A DNA stretch of 63,751 bases, counting the filler. It is 11 parts of 11 records of this genome, joined end to end, with 100 filler letters (N's around TTAATTAATTAA, not from the genome) between each part and the next. Parts side by side here need not be neighbours in the genome. Positions count along the whole stretch, not along the records: positions 1 to 4,558 come from SRR7504441_14227; positions 4,659 to 13,094 come from SRR7504441_14245; 9 more parts are not named here. One strand, given 5' to 3'. Position numbers and translations under genes: made by a program. Positions 1 through 11,454 of the stretch are shown in pieces. Under the pieces are notes generated by a model that saw only the letters and a program-made list of their open reading frames with translations, searched no databases and was not told the DNA's origin. Each line of letters starts with the position of its first letter. Within the stretch, counting starts at the first letter, position 1.

Positions 1-1
1 G

Positions 2-468
2 GCTACAGCCGCCGAGCGGACTCGAGAGCAACAGGGGAAGGTGTTGAAGCAGCAGCAGGAGATCTTGAGTGACCGGCGCAGCGCTGCCCCAGCAGTAGCT
101 GAGGGCTGGCGGCAGAAACGGTGCACTCGGGGACCGACTCGCTAGAACAGACGGACAAGAACGCCGAGCAGCTGGTCGACTACAGCAAGAGCTTCCAGGC
201 GGAGGCCACCGAGGCTCGCGAGGTGCTGGCAAGGCGGGCTCGGGCTGAGCTGGCGTGACAGGAAACGGATTGCTGCCCGTGGTGCTGCTGCACAAAGAAG
301 GATAAGAACATTGACGCCGAGCAGGCGGTGGCTGAGAAGCACGAGAGGAATCAGCTGGCGGAGGGCAGCCAGAAGAGCAAGAACAGCCACAGGCCTGCTG
401 ACCCGCGGGCGGGCCGACAGCCTGGACGGGATCACGTACTTAATGATTCAGTAGTGGCTACCCGGTGA
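2..468 (+). CDS. 5'-truncated coiled-coil protein with R-SNARE/synaptobrevin-like heptads and a Cys cluster (spliced)
   Basis: Removing GT-AG introns at ~69-115 and 223-261 gives ...QQQEILKTVHSGTDSLEQTDKNAEQLVDYSKSFQAEATEAREETDCCPWCCCTKK. The 3' end is uncertain (TGA 466-468, or earlier if a further intron exists). Confidence 0.4.
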
Positions 469-1046
469 GCGAGTCCGGATTAAAATCACGAGCTACGTGT
501 GAACGGTCTTGGGTGTTATTATTGCCAAGTTTTGTGAACGGCTTTGCATTTGGAAAGTCCTGGAAGCACCTGGTTACAATCAATACATGAACCGGGATCT
601 GATTCGGATTAGCCTCCCTTGGGCAGGGTGGGTTGCATGAACGCACGTGGAACGCATGCACCGTCTGTTGCGTTGTTGACCAGTGGAAGTAATGTTAATC
701 AGTTCGATTCATTGTCCCTAAGCGAAATTTAGCGATTGCAGACACGAAAATAAAACCCACTCAAACTTTGTCTATCACTTTTTGGGCCTCAAAAATGTCA
801 TTGAGCTAATAAAATCGAGATGAATTTCACCACCTCCCAGTAGCTAATTTCGCTTCCTGATAATGAATTATTCGATAGACGTAGTTCCTTCCTCGAGCGC
901 GTCGGATTCGTCCAACAGCTCGACGTGTACCGCAACGTACTAAGGCTTGCCTACATTCACAGACCCTGAACTCAGTATCGATCGATTTAACGTTATTTTA
1001 CCTCCTCCTTGCAGGCGCGAGCCGTGGTGGTTGGCGCGAACGCGAG

Positions 1047-3061
1047 ATGCCAGATGCACTGGCGGCCTTCCGCGCGTTTGACAGCGAGGGCACTGGGTGG
1101 GTTGGGCCGGGGCTCTGGGGTGAGGCGTGCTGGCAGTTTTGTCAACCGGGCTGAGTTCCTTGGCTCGTGCGCGGGCGACCCTGAGCTGAGGGCCGGGCTG
1201 GCCGGGCTGGCCGACCCGACCAAGCTGATCCTGGAGCGGGCCGAGCTGGTGGCCTTCCTGCAGACCCAAGCGCGCGGGACGGAGGCCGGTGGAACGGGGC
1301 TGGTCTCAGTCGAGCAGCTGCAGGCGCACATCCAGCAGGTCGGCCCCACCTGCCACTGGGCCGCCGACGGGCGCTGCGCAGGAGATGCGAGCGCGGCTGG
1401 AGCAGGAGCGCAAGTCGGGCCAGCAGCAGATCGAGAAGGAGCTGCAGCAGCTGCGGAGCGCCAAGCTGGAGAGTCTGGAGAAGAAGATGGCCGAGAGGGA
1501 GCAAGCGATGGCCAAAGAGCTAGAGTTCAGGGTGAAGACCACCACCAGGCCAGCCGCTCCAGACGGCGCCAGCCTGCAGCTAAAAAACATTGATAGTGTA
1601 GCTGAGGTGACTGGCCATCATTACGAGCCCGGCCAGTAATGGTGGCAGGTGAGCGGAGTGACGCCGCAGGTGATAGATGAATACTCGGAGGCGGTAGCCA
1701 GCAGGCTCGAAGGGCTCGAATGCTGGGCAGGTGCACGACGAGCTAGCTTCGCTCCGGGAGGAGCTTGGGGTCGACGCAGAGCAGCTGAGTGCGCTCAACA
1801 GATACGAGCGAGCGCTGGCAAAGCACTACAAGGCCCGGTACGCACACTTGCAGCCCAAGGAGCCCGAACTCGTGCTCGGGGCCAAGTGGGACCTCAATGA
1901 CGAGTCGCTGGCCTACAGCTTCTCTAGACTCGCCAACTCACAGGCAGCCGATGCCACTGGCTGGCGACTGAACTGATTCTGGCCAGTTGGAGCAGGAGCC
2001 GCTCTCGCCAAAGTATCGGTCTCCGCTCAGGGGTGAGCCTATAGTGTTTGAGGAGCCAAAATTGCTCGACCCGATCAAAGCATCAGAGCTCACAGCTGAG
2101 GCGGTCCGGGATAACGCCAAGGTCAGTCCATACTGTGGCTGCACTGCTGACTGGGGCACGCCAGGTGGCCGAGATGCGATGCGCATTTTTCCTGCAGCGG
2201 CTCAACGTGCTTCCGTTGGATGCACATACCCGACAGCTCCGGCGTGATTTGGCCGAGCTGCGGAACGAGAGCGATGAGCAAAGTCAAGCCTGGGGCCAGC
2301 TGCTCTCTGTAGCCAGCAAGGAAGGCGGTGTAGCGGATGTACAAAAAGATCTCAAGCTCAACAATGTGGAGAGCGTTGATGCAGCCAATATTGTCGAGCT
2401 GGCCGAGGAGATGTTCCCGCTCCCGCCGGACAGCCCGACCAAGCTCCAACTGGTGGCTGCCATGCTAGCGACCAGACTCACTGGCCTGTCCAGCGCCAAA
2501 TGCAGTGGGAAGCGCGCCCCCCGTGGAACGATCACTTGAACCCGTCGCCGTTCTGGAAGCCTGCCAAACTGATTGCAGCCAGAGCGCAGGAATACGATTC
2601 GCGGTGGCATTCAATCTGGGCCGCTGGACTGACTCATGAGGGGCAGGAGCAGGACAGGCACTCTCGGCTCGCGACCGGGTTTCCATGACTCAGCATTCAA
2701 TCGTGCCTCTGTGTGCTGAGGCCTGTTGTGACGGTTGTTGTGCAGCGGATGCGTCGGGGCCAGTGGCTGAGCCAGGCACGATATCTGCAGACGAATTCTT
2801 CAAGAACCTTGGAGAACCGTCAAAGAGCTCGGTTGTGAGCAGTCTACAACGAGAAAATTCAGCAGAAAGTTTCCTCAAGAATCTGGAGGCTCGAAACAAC
2901 AAGGTGTGGCGCACAGTGGAGCTTAAGTATTGAGCTGGGCGGTGCAGAGTGAACCAGAGAGCCTATTGAGCCCGCACTCATCGGGAGCTGCGTGGCGTGG
3001 TGGTCTTGAAGCGCGTGCAGACTCGTGGTTCCAGAAGCCTGTGCCCCCACCACCTTACTAG
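1047..3061 (+). CDS. Hypothetical protein with N-terminal EF-hand and coiled coil, ~11 micro-introns
   Basis: ATG at 1047 gives MPDALAAFRAFDSEGTGFVNRAEF (EF-hand-like loop) once intron 1097-1136 is removed. Further introns (e.g. 1339-1381, 1607-1648, GC-AG 1944-1986) join successive ORF-track pieces into one frame ending TAG 3059-3061. Confidence 0.7.
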
Positions 3062-3330
3062 ATGTATCGAGCGGTCTGTGCAACGGCGATGTCGTGGGAA
3101 GGCGACAGCTCTGGCGTCTGGGAAGGAGCTTTTGCGACGACGCTGAGGTATGTGTATTGGCGGTGAGTACTTCTACATGTACTTTGTTGCTGCTCGAACA
3201 TTTTAATAAGATCTTGCATTGAACTGCAATCATGATACTGTAGTTATCATTATTGAGTCTCTCATGACTAGTTGAACATCATTAATAAAATCTAAATAAA
3301 ATCCAACTAAGAATCATTAACTTTATGGGT

Positions 3331-3449
3331 TAGATCATCGGCTTCTCAGACCGCTTGCGTTCCTTGTACTCATCCAGCACCTTGCGCACCTTGTACTCAT
3401 CGACCCTCGCCAGGAACTAGCCAGGAACTCGCAGGTCAGCTGCTTGAAC
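3331..3449 (-). pseudogene. Isolated coding-like remnant with an 11-nt frame-breaking duplication
   Basis: Reads FKQLTCEFLARVDEYKVRKVLDEYKERKRSEKPMI* if one copy of the duplicated (T/G)AGTTCCTGGC is removed. It is a GC-richer island in AT-rich intergenic DNA with no upstream exon. Confidence 0.35.
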
Positions 3450-3485
3450 TTTAAGTCTTGTACAAGTTAGTATACGAGTATAATT

Positions 3486-3513
3486 TACATGTAATATATG
3501 TATATTACATGTA
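3486..3513. repeat. Perfect 13-bp AT-rich inverted repeat (2-nt loop)
   Basis: TACATGTAATATA-tg-TATATTACATGTA. A second 8-bp hairpin TACGTGTA-tct-TACACGTA lies at 3582-3600. Confidence 0.8.
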
Positions 3514-3664
3514 CATGTAATAATTATATACACATTTCATTGCAGTATCATTGCTATATCATTGCAGTAGATGCAATCATGTACGTGTATCTTACACGTA
3601 TGTACTCGTAGTTAGTTAATGTAAATACAACAGCTGCAATGCTCAAAATTGCATTAATTGCTGT

Positions 3665-4558
3665 CTATAAGTCCAGATCGTTACAAGCTCCTTCAAGGTC
3701 TCGGTCTCTAGCATCTTGATCAAGCTGGTCTAGAAACCATGCCACAGTCTTGTCTAAGTTCCACCTGGCCCAAAACACTACGATAAGCAGCGAGCTTTGT
3801 TCACAGGGCGCACGGGTCTTGGTCTATATCAACATCATCTTCGAGCCAAAAGTCGATGTCCGCTGGTGTGATCTGCCCGACTGACTAATCAGCTGCCAGG
3901 CATCAGCGCAACGACCTGCTGTAGACCAAGCTTGAACACCATGCTGATGCAGAATTGCTTGAGGTCGTCCCGGTCAGCTATTGTACCGCCTCCACTCAAA
4001 TCATATCTGCATCCACACGCGTGAGCGGGGCGGTAGGAGGCGGGCACCGATCAAACAGCTGTTGCTTATATGCCTCCACCTTGGCTCGGATCAGCTGACC
4101 CGAATGCGGCTGTAACAATGTGTGGGCTCAGTGCAAAGCGGACCGATACGCACCTCGTGCACAGCCGCTGCAGCAGCAGCAGCAGGCTTGAGGTTTTCTA
4201 TGGCATGCACTGTCGCAGATTTTGCAGTCCTCTGCGGGGGCCAGTCTGTAGTCCTCTGCACTCGTCGGTCTGCAGACGTCGGTGACCCAAACACCGGCGA
4301 CTCGACCTGTGGGAATTCCCAAGCTCAGCCACCGGAATGGATAGCCGCACCATCATCGGCTTGGGCTCGAGCGCCATCCTTCCTTTCATGCGCTCATAGT
4401 TGGCCTGCAAGGCCGTTAGGCGCTGCATTTTCCCCTGCAGATCCTCTGACTGGTTGCCACTATCCCACATGCGCTGCATGTTAGCCTTCATGAATGCCAG
4501 CCGCTGGATCTTCTCCTGCAGCGCATCCGCCTCTTGGTTGCTGCCCTGAAACTCATCT
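3665..4558 (-). CDS. 5'-truncated protein with C-terminal EF-hand-like motif, 5 micro-introns
   Basis: Five GT-AG introns of 41-49 nt join the exons into ...KQQLFDRYDLSGGGTIADRDDLKQFCISMVFKLGLQQITPADIDFWLEDD...NDLDL* (TAG 3665-3667). The ORF track misses most of it. Confidence 0.7.
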
Positions 4559-4658
4559 NNNNNNNNNNNNNNNNNNNNNNNNNNNNNNNNNNNNNNNNNN
4601 NNTTAATTAATTAANNNNNNNNNNNNNNNNNNNNNNNNNNNNNNNNNNNNNNNNNNNN
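4559..4658. other. Artificial contig-joining spacer (N-run/TTAATTAATTAA/N-run, 100 nt)
   Basis: An identical six-frame-stop linker also occurs at 13095-13194, 21949-22048, 28195-28294, 36751-36850, 41034-41133, 45497-45596, 51633-51732, 55857-55956 and 60124-60223. Confidence 0.98.
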
Positions 4659-6309
4659 TTCGAGCAGGCAATGGTGGTGCAACAGCTGCGACTGCAGCTG
4701 CACCTCGATGTTGCAACGGTTGTCAACAGCACACCTCATTTGCTCACAGAAGGCTTGACCGCATTCGAATTGAGTTTGGCTAAAGCCAATCGCGGCGATG
4801 GATATGAAGCAAAGCTGCAGCGTGAGGTCGGGTTTCCGCTGGACGTGATCGAGCGCGCTTATGATCTGGACATCCGTTCAGCACACGCTACTGTGTCCAG
4901 GGACAAGCAATGCATTCTCAACACTATCAATCGAGTTACCCCGAGCGCAATTGGTTTAACCGTCCCGGACCTGGACCATCCTGAGTCCCATCGCGTGAAC
5001 AAGGCTCTGCGAGGGTTGATGGCAGAAGCTGCTTTGAATCAGACAGCGCGGTCTGGGGACCTCAACTTTCCTATGGGGGTGATCGGTAAAGACGTCGAGC
5101 GTACTGCACTCAAGGTTGATGTCAGTAACTGCTCCCTAGTAGACACGCATGCTTTTGGTTTGCTTGGATCAATGCAAGCCTTGGAGCATATTGAGATCAA
5201 CTTCACCGGATGCAAGCAGCTCACTGATGTGTCCGCCTTGATGAAAACGCTGCAAAGTTTGCCCAATTTGAAGGACGTAGTGCTGGAATTCTTTGGCTGC
5301 GAGACACTACCGCAATACCTGCAACGGAGATTCAATTCACTAGTTGAGTATCTCCAGATCGAAGGCACTGTGACTATTGACAACAATAACCCGCTAGCAG
5401 TCCTACAGGAAAGGCAGCGATTATCACTGTCGCTGACCTTAGACACCTACTCCCTGAATCTGGGCGCCATGCGCTCGTTGCAGCATTTAAGGATCGTGTT
5501 CAACGATATTCCAAAGGATCATGACGCCTCAGAGTTTGGGCCTTCGCTAAGCACACTCACCGCACTTGAATCTCTGCACCTTGACTTCTCAGGGTGCCAG
5601 CATCTTCAAGATGTGTCGCCTTTGATGACATCCCTGAGAGAGCTGCAGCAACTCAGGCATATGGAGCTATTGTTTAATCGCTGTGTCGGGCTGTCAGATA
5701 TATCTGGGCTGGTCGAGTCTCTCCCCTCTCTCGCCGTATTAGCAAATTTTCGAATCGTGTTTACGGGGTGCATCCGATTTCCAGATGTGTTGGCCAAGAC
5801 TTTTGTTTGCCCATCCACATTCTGTCAATTAGTCAAGGTATGGGATGAGAGGCACCGAAATAGCCCCCAGATGCAGCTGCAAACTCCCAAATTCTTAACA
5901 CAGGCCCAATATGCAAGAGCAAAAGAGATTCCAAGATGTTGCTTGACAGAGAGGGCCAAGCAGGCGGCCAAAATGCGTGCTGATGCGTCTAAGGGGGACA
6001 ATAATACTGCAGAGTCAAGAGCATGGTTTGTGCAGGATATTGACCTTGAAACTGCTCGAGGTGCAATCTAGTCCATGCATTTGGGTGAAACTGACACTGA
6101 ACGTTATCTATGCAGATCTCCAAGCACGTAAACTTGATCAATGCGTCGCAAATGAGTATGTGTCATATCAATCGAAGAGAATGGCAAAAGGCAAGAAGCG
6201 ATCGACACACGTGAGGGATCCAGGGCGCACCAACGTGAAAGCGCAATCAAAGAAGCGTACGTCCATGGCAAAATCTTTCGAAAGGTCATTCAACCGGCTC
6301 AGGTGCTAG
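4659..6309 (+). CDS. Leucine-rich repeat protein (cysteine-containing LRRs), probably 5'-truncated
   Basis: Repeats such as LESLHLDFSGCQHLQDVS, LRHMELLFNRCVGLSDIS and LEHIEINFTGCKQLTDVS. GT-AG intron 6061-6115 extends the frame into a basic tail ending TAG 6309. Confidence 0.75.
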
Positions 6310-6533
6310 TTACATGTAGCTGGTTTCTAACTAACGTCATTCCTCATCATGTAAGATAAATACACACTCATTAGCCCAACCTTTTACTTTTAGCATGCTC
6401 CTTCATGTATAATTCATAAGAGTTTATATTCATGAAAATGCAATTATGCAATGAATTAAACATACATGCGTGACCAGGGAGTGTACGGGGAGCTGTTTCG
6501 TGGGTGCCAGTACTTTGGTGGTCGGAGCTGGCG

Positions 6534-8219
6534 CTACCCGCACCTCGCGATCAGTACCATTGATGTCTGTGAGTGTGACTGGGGACGCGTACGCGGGCGG
6601 TCGGTTCGGGAGGAGGCAGTGCGCACCTTTGCCATCAAACAAGGCACTTGCTTGCGTGGGCATGCTGCTGTGACCGTGGTTGCGGGCAGCAAGTCCGAGT
6701 CAAATCTACGGCCAAGCCAGAATGCCTGCATCGACCGAAGGCCACCCACTCTTCTGGCACTGGGGGGGCAGTGGTGGCTCGATGACTCCCTGCGGCTGCA
6801 CATCGGCGAAAGCACAAGCCCAATCACTACCCTGCGTGAGCAAGCTGACGTTGACATCGATCAGGTTGACCTCGCATGGGTTGCCACGCCGACAGAGCAT
6901 GTTGCCTGCCGTGTCCGCCGTCCCTGTGAAATTCCTGAACGTGACATTCTTGATGTCGATCTCAGGCAGTAGCGTGCCGTTGGGCCACGTCTCTGCACAG
7001 CAGGAGCCGTTGGCCACTACGCACCAGGGCGAGTTTTGCTTGCCCGGCGGGCAGATGTTGCTGCGTGTGCATCTGGAAAGGGGCTTGGGGGTGAAAAGGT
7101 GGCACCAGCCTTTCTCTGGGTCGGTGCAGCCGCAGTAGTACGTCGACACTGACATGACGTAGCTGCCGACACCGCCATTAAGCCTCACGTTTTCGTAGAG
7201 GATGTTGCTGATCTGGCCCGTTGTGTTCGGCCAGGTCCTGCGCCCCAAAGCTATCAATCTCTACTAGCCCAAGCAAGCTACTTGATCTTGCAGGCCGCGT
7301 TGCCGGTCATGACCAGGTTGCGGAATGTGATGTTTGTGACGTAGCCCATCACGCCGTTTGTGTCGGGCACAGACCCAATGGATGCGCCATGGCCGTTGCC
7401 GAAAACGCAGTCTTCGATCAGGACGTTCGCCGTGTCGTTCTTGATCGCAATGTTGTCGTCGCCACCCGAGAAGTAGCAGCCCCGTATCGTGACATTGTTG
7501 GTGGACAGCAGGTGCTGCTCGTACTGCAGGGGGCTGTTCCACGGCTCCCCGTGTGAGCCAATCCCTCCAATCTCGAGGTCGCCGCTCTCCTCCACAGGCA
7601 TGTCGCGGTTGTGGATCGAACAATTGATATAACTGACGTTCTGAACGTTGTGGAAAAAAGCGACGCCGACCTGGTGTGTCATGTAAAAGTTCTCGAAGTG
7701 AAGGTTGCTGCTGTTATCGACGCTGAGTGCGGTGGGCCGCCGCGGTGCCTTGTGGGTGCCCTTCGGGGTGTTGGGCTTGTTCGAGTAGTTTGTTCCGAAA
7801 AGCCCACCGGCGCCCCTCGAGATCAGCTCGAAGCCGTCAACGTTCCGAATCTCGATCAGCGCGCCACAGTCGTCCGGGCAGACGGGGATGCGCGAGCTGG
7901 TTGTGCAGTTGCGGTGGCAGTGTGGCCAGAGTGTGTCATCTATCAGGGTCATCGGTGCGTCGAGCTGCATTCGGACGCCATCGTATGCGTGGCCGATCAT
8001 CTTGAGGCCGCCCCCGAGCAGGTGAGTGCCGTTCGGAGGGGACCAGGTCACGCCTCCTGCGGCGACGCTGGCATCGATGGCGCGCTGGATGGCTGCGGTG
8101 TCATTGGCCACCCCATCGCCCACCGCCCCGTAGCTGTACACGTTGAAGACCTGGCCCGGCGGCGGCCCGGCGCTGCACGCTGGGGCCAGTGAGAGCAGCA
8201 GCAGCAGCGCAGCGAGCAT
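6534..8219 (-). CDS. Secreted GH28 polygalacturonase-like (parallel beta-helix) glycoside hydrolase
   Basis: Signal peptide MLAALLLLLSLAPACSA; FNVYSYGAVGDGVANDTAAIQRAI; GH28 motifs GDDNIAIK, GHGASIGS and KIK|TW across a 44-nt intron (~7238-7281). C-terminal exons below 6750 are uncertain. Confidence 0.8.
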
Positions 8220-8365
8220 CTTCTCGACGTGGCCTGGCCGGAAGCTCCACACGCCGTCGTGGCCTGGCTAGAGTCGAGCTCGCCGAGTTCGCAAACGGCA
8301 CCAGCTGAGCCTGGAGCCTGCCACAGCAGGACTGCAAGCGGGGAGGCGGACAGAGAGCCCTCGTG

Positions 8366-11197
8366 ATGGAGGAGGAAGGGATCGCCGAGAGGTCAGTAGG
8401 CGGCTGCGCGAGGCTACTCACTGGCTGGCCAGGCTTGAGCGCGGGGAGGCCGTCGAGGGCGAGGCGGTTGTCACTGCGGTTGCCGAATCAGTGCAGGACC
8501 TGGCGGCGGTAGCGGCTGAACTGAGCCAATCGGAGGCGGCCGCCGTGCTCAAGAGCGCCGCGTCGGATGCGGCCCAGGGGGCATACGATGCGCTGCAGTC
8601 GGACCAGGCCAAGGCCCTGTACGCCACCGCCGAAGAAGAGGCTGTGAGCAGATTTGGCGAGGAGGCGGTACACACCGTCAAAGCGAAGCTGGCAGAGATG
8701 GCCGAGATCGATGCGGCGGGGCTGATCCCGGGCAAGCTGGAAGTGTCGACCGAGATGCGTACCGAGGTGAGCCAGCAGGCTACCAAGATTTGGGATCGGC
8801 TGTCCACTGATAGCAAGACTCGCGAGTTGGCGGCTCTGGTGGCAAGGAACGTCTCATTGACCAGCGACAGCGAGAGAGTGCAGGCGATGAAGGAGGCGAT
8901 TGCCGAGAGCCTGGACGGCGATGGCATGAGCGCCACCATGTCTGCAATTGCCGAGCACGCGGGGAAGATCATGCAATCTGGCGCAGAGGAGTGGGCGGAG
9001 CTCAAGAACGAGGGGGAGCAGACCTGGCGGCAGCTGCAGGAGAAGGACGCGCTCTGGGAGATGCTCGATCGGTCCAAGGAGTCCCTGTCCAAGCTGCGGC
9101 TCGAGCCTGGTCAGAGCCTCATGCAGAACCAGGCGCGAACCGGAACGGTCGGTGGCTGAGACAGGACAGGTGATCCAGCAGATAAAGGCCAACGGAAAGC
9201 AGCTGCTCGACGAGGTGGTGCAGGACGAGAAGGCAGGCTGCGCGGAGGGAGACGGCTGAGCCGGTTGGTCAGGTGAAGGCCCTGCTGGAGAAAGCCAAGG
9301 CAGTGCTGCACCGGTTGTGGGATCAATTGCTCGAGGATCTCGGGATCCAGGGCGACGTGGAGGACTTCATGGCCCAGGGCGCCGAGATCTGGTCGCAGAT
9401 CGACATGAGCGTGATCTCGTCCGGGCTGGCCACCTTGATGCGTGGCGTGCTCGAGCTTGCACTCCGCGTGGTGCCAGAGCTGCCCATACCGCGGCTGCTG
9501 GGCACTTACAACTCGCCAGTGGGTAACGTCTCCTACCAGCTCACCAACATGCGGTTCTCGTCCTTTAACTGCTCGCCCGGTGCCCCAGCTGGCCGGCCGC
9601 GCTCACTGCTGGTCGTGGCACAGAGAACTTCCATTTCCAGATTGGCACCACTCTCTCTCTTGAGTTGACAGACATCTCGGCGGAGATCAACGACCTCAGC
9701 TGGCACTTTGCCAAGAACTCGTTCCCAATGGTCACCGGCCGCGGGACTGCAGACGTCCGGGCCTCGCAGGCTTCCGTCCGGCTCGAGTACCACCTGAGCT
9801 ACACTGATGGGCGAGTGCTGCTGGCCATCGAGAAGCAGCAAGTGGAGCTCAAAGAGTTCAGCGTGGCTGTGTCGGACACAAAGAACGGCTGGCTGTACAA
9901 CATGATCCTGGCGGTGCTCAACACCAGGCTGAGGCAAATGCTCGAAGCCCAGCTGCTGCTCGCTGCGCTGGCTCAGCTCAAATCGCTTGCAAACATGGTC
10001 AACCAGATGGCCAAAGGATTCCTGACCATATCGCTCGCCTCACACCTGCGGCATGCGGTGGCCGAGGCCGACGCGCTTGCAATGAGTGCCCCTGAGGCGC
10101 AGCAAGTCGCAGCTAGTCTGCTCCGTGCCTTTGAGCCCGGATTCTGCCCGGACGAGCAGCTGCTTGTGGTTGACGAGCTAACCATCGGGTTGCTCATCTC
10201 GTGCTCGTCCTCCCCCAAGGTGCTGCTATACGATGGCGCAGACCAGCCCCCGGAATATTTCCGGCAGGTCGCCCAGGCGTTTGTTGTGGCGCCTTGTCTG
10301 AGTTTTCTGCTGCAGGTGTCAGCAGCCATGGTGGCAAAGGGACTTGTCTTTGGGTACGTGCCGGCGAGCCACAGTGGCGTCCTGTCGGAGTTTGGGTTAC
10401 AGCAGCACAGTGGCGGCGAGCCTGTTCTCTGGGTGTGCCAACCCGACATCCGATTCCAGCACGTGCTCAGCTGCCCGTTGGCCCCAGGCCCGGTGATGGC
10501 CCAACTTGAATACTTCAGTTGCTCACCTGGCAGAGTGATGCATGCCTGCGAGGAGTCTCTGGCCTGGAGTGTAGGTCACGTTCCTGCTGGGACAGCTGTG
10601 GTAGTACTGTTTGTCGATTCGAATGAGTCACCCAGCTGGTTCGACTCTGCAGCCGCTTCCATGCACCAGCGACAATTAGGAGGAAGCAACAGCTTTGCCT
10701 TTGTGGCAATGCACCACCCAAGCGAAAAGACAAAGAGCAGATACAAAGTTGCTGAATGTCCGGGAATAATGGTGCTGCCAGGCCCGGGTCAGAGGCCACA
10801 TGCTCAGCTGGTTCCCGCACGCGATGTGACTGAGTTTTCCACCTTCCTGCAGAGGTTTATCTTCGATACTCGGAGCATTGTGAATCTGACCGGTGACAAC
10901 ATCGAGTACTTCCTTCATCGGGATGTCGGGACGCTCAAGTGCGTTTTGTTCACCAGCCACCAAGCTGTTCCCAAGCTATACAAGGAATTATGGGAGCGCT
11001 ATGGAGAGAGAGTAACGTTTGGGATTGTGGTTTCGCCGCAGCCGGAGGTGATGGACAAATTCGGGATTGTGGACGCTCCTGGGCCCATGATTCCGCCTGT
11101 GCTGTTGGGGTTCCTAGCGTCTTCGTTTCAAGTCTACAAAGGCGACCTTGACGAGCCATCGATCGGCGAATTTCTGATAGGAATGGCGAACAAATAG
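8366..11197 (+). CDS. Helical N-terminus + BPI/LBP(TULIP)-like domain + C-terminal thioredoxin-like folds
   Basis: Four introns (incl. GC-AG 9133-9169 and 9233-9272) join ORFs 8491, 9273 and 9665. LPIPRLLGTYNSPVGNVSYQLTNMRF...ISAEINDLSWHF...GWLYNMILAVLNTRLRQMLE is BPI/TULIP-like. IVNLTGDNIEYFL...VLFTSHQAVPKLYKEL...FGIV is thioredoxin-like without CxxC. Confidence 0.6.
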
Positions 11198-11454
11198 TAA
11201 CTGATCCGTCAGCGTTGAACATGTCATTCATCTCACGCTATACGTTATGTACAATCATGTACAGTACACAACGACTTTAATAACACCTGTACAGCTTTGT
11301 ATGCAACTCATAAAAAACACCTGTATACAACTCACGAGTAAAGTCGTAATCATTCTTTGTTCAAAGGATCAAGTTTATTGCTCACTAAAACAAATAATTA
11401 GGTGCAACCAATAAATGTTAGCCAAAAAGCGACGATTTTGCAGAGTGTAGGACT

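Noticed and set aside
670-730. GTTCGATTC as a tRNA T-loop
   Set aside because: No cloverleaf stems around it.
880-970. Short coding-like frame SFLERVGFVQQLDVYRNVLRLAYIHRP*
   Set aside because: No start or splice link to neighbours; too short to support.
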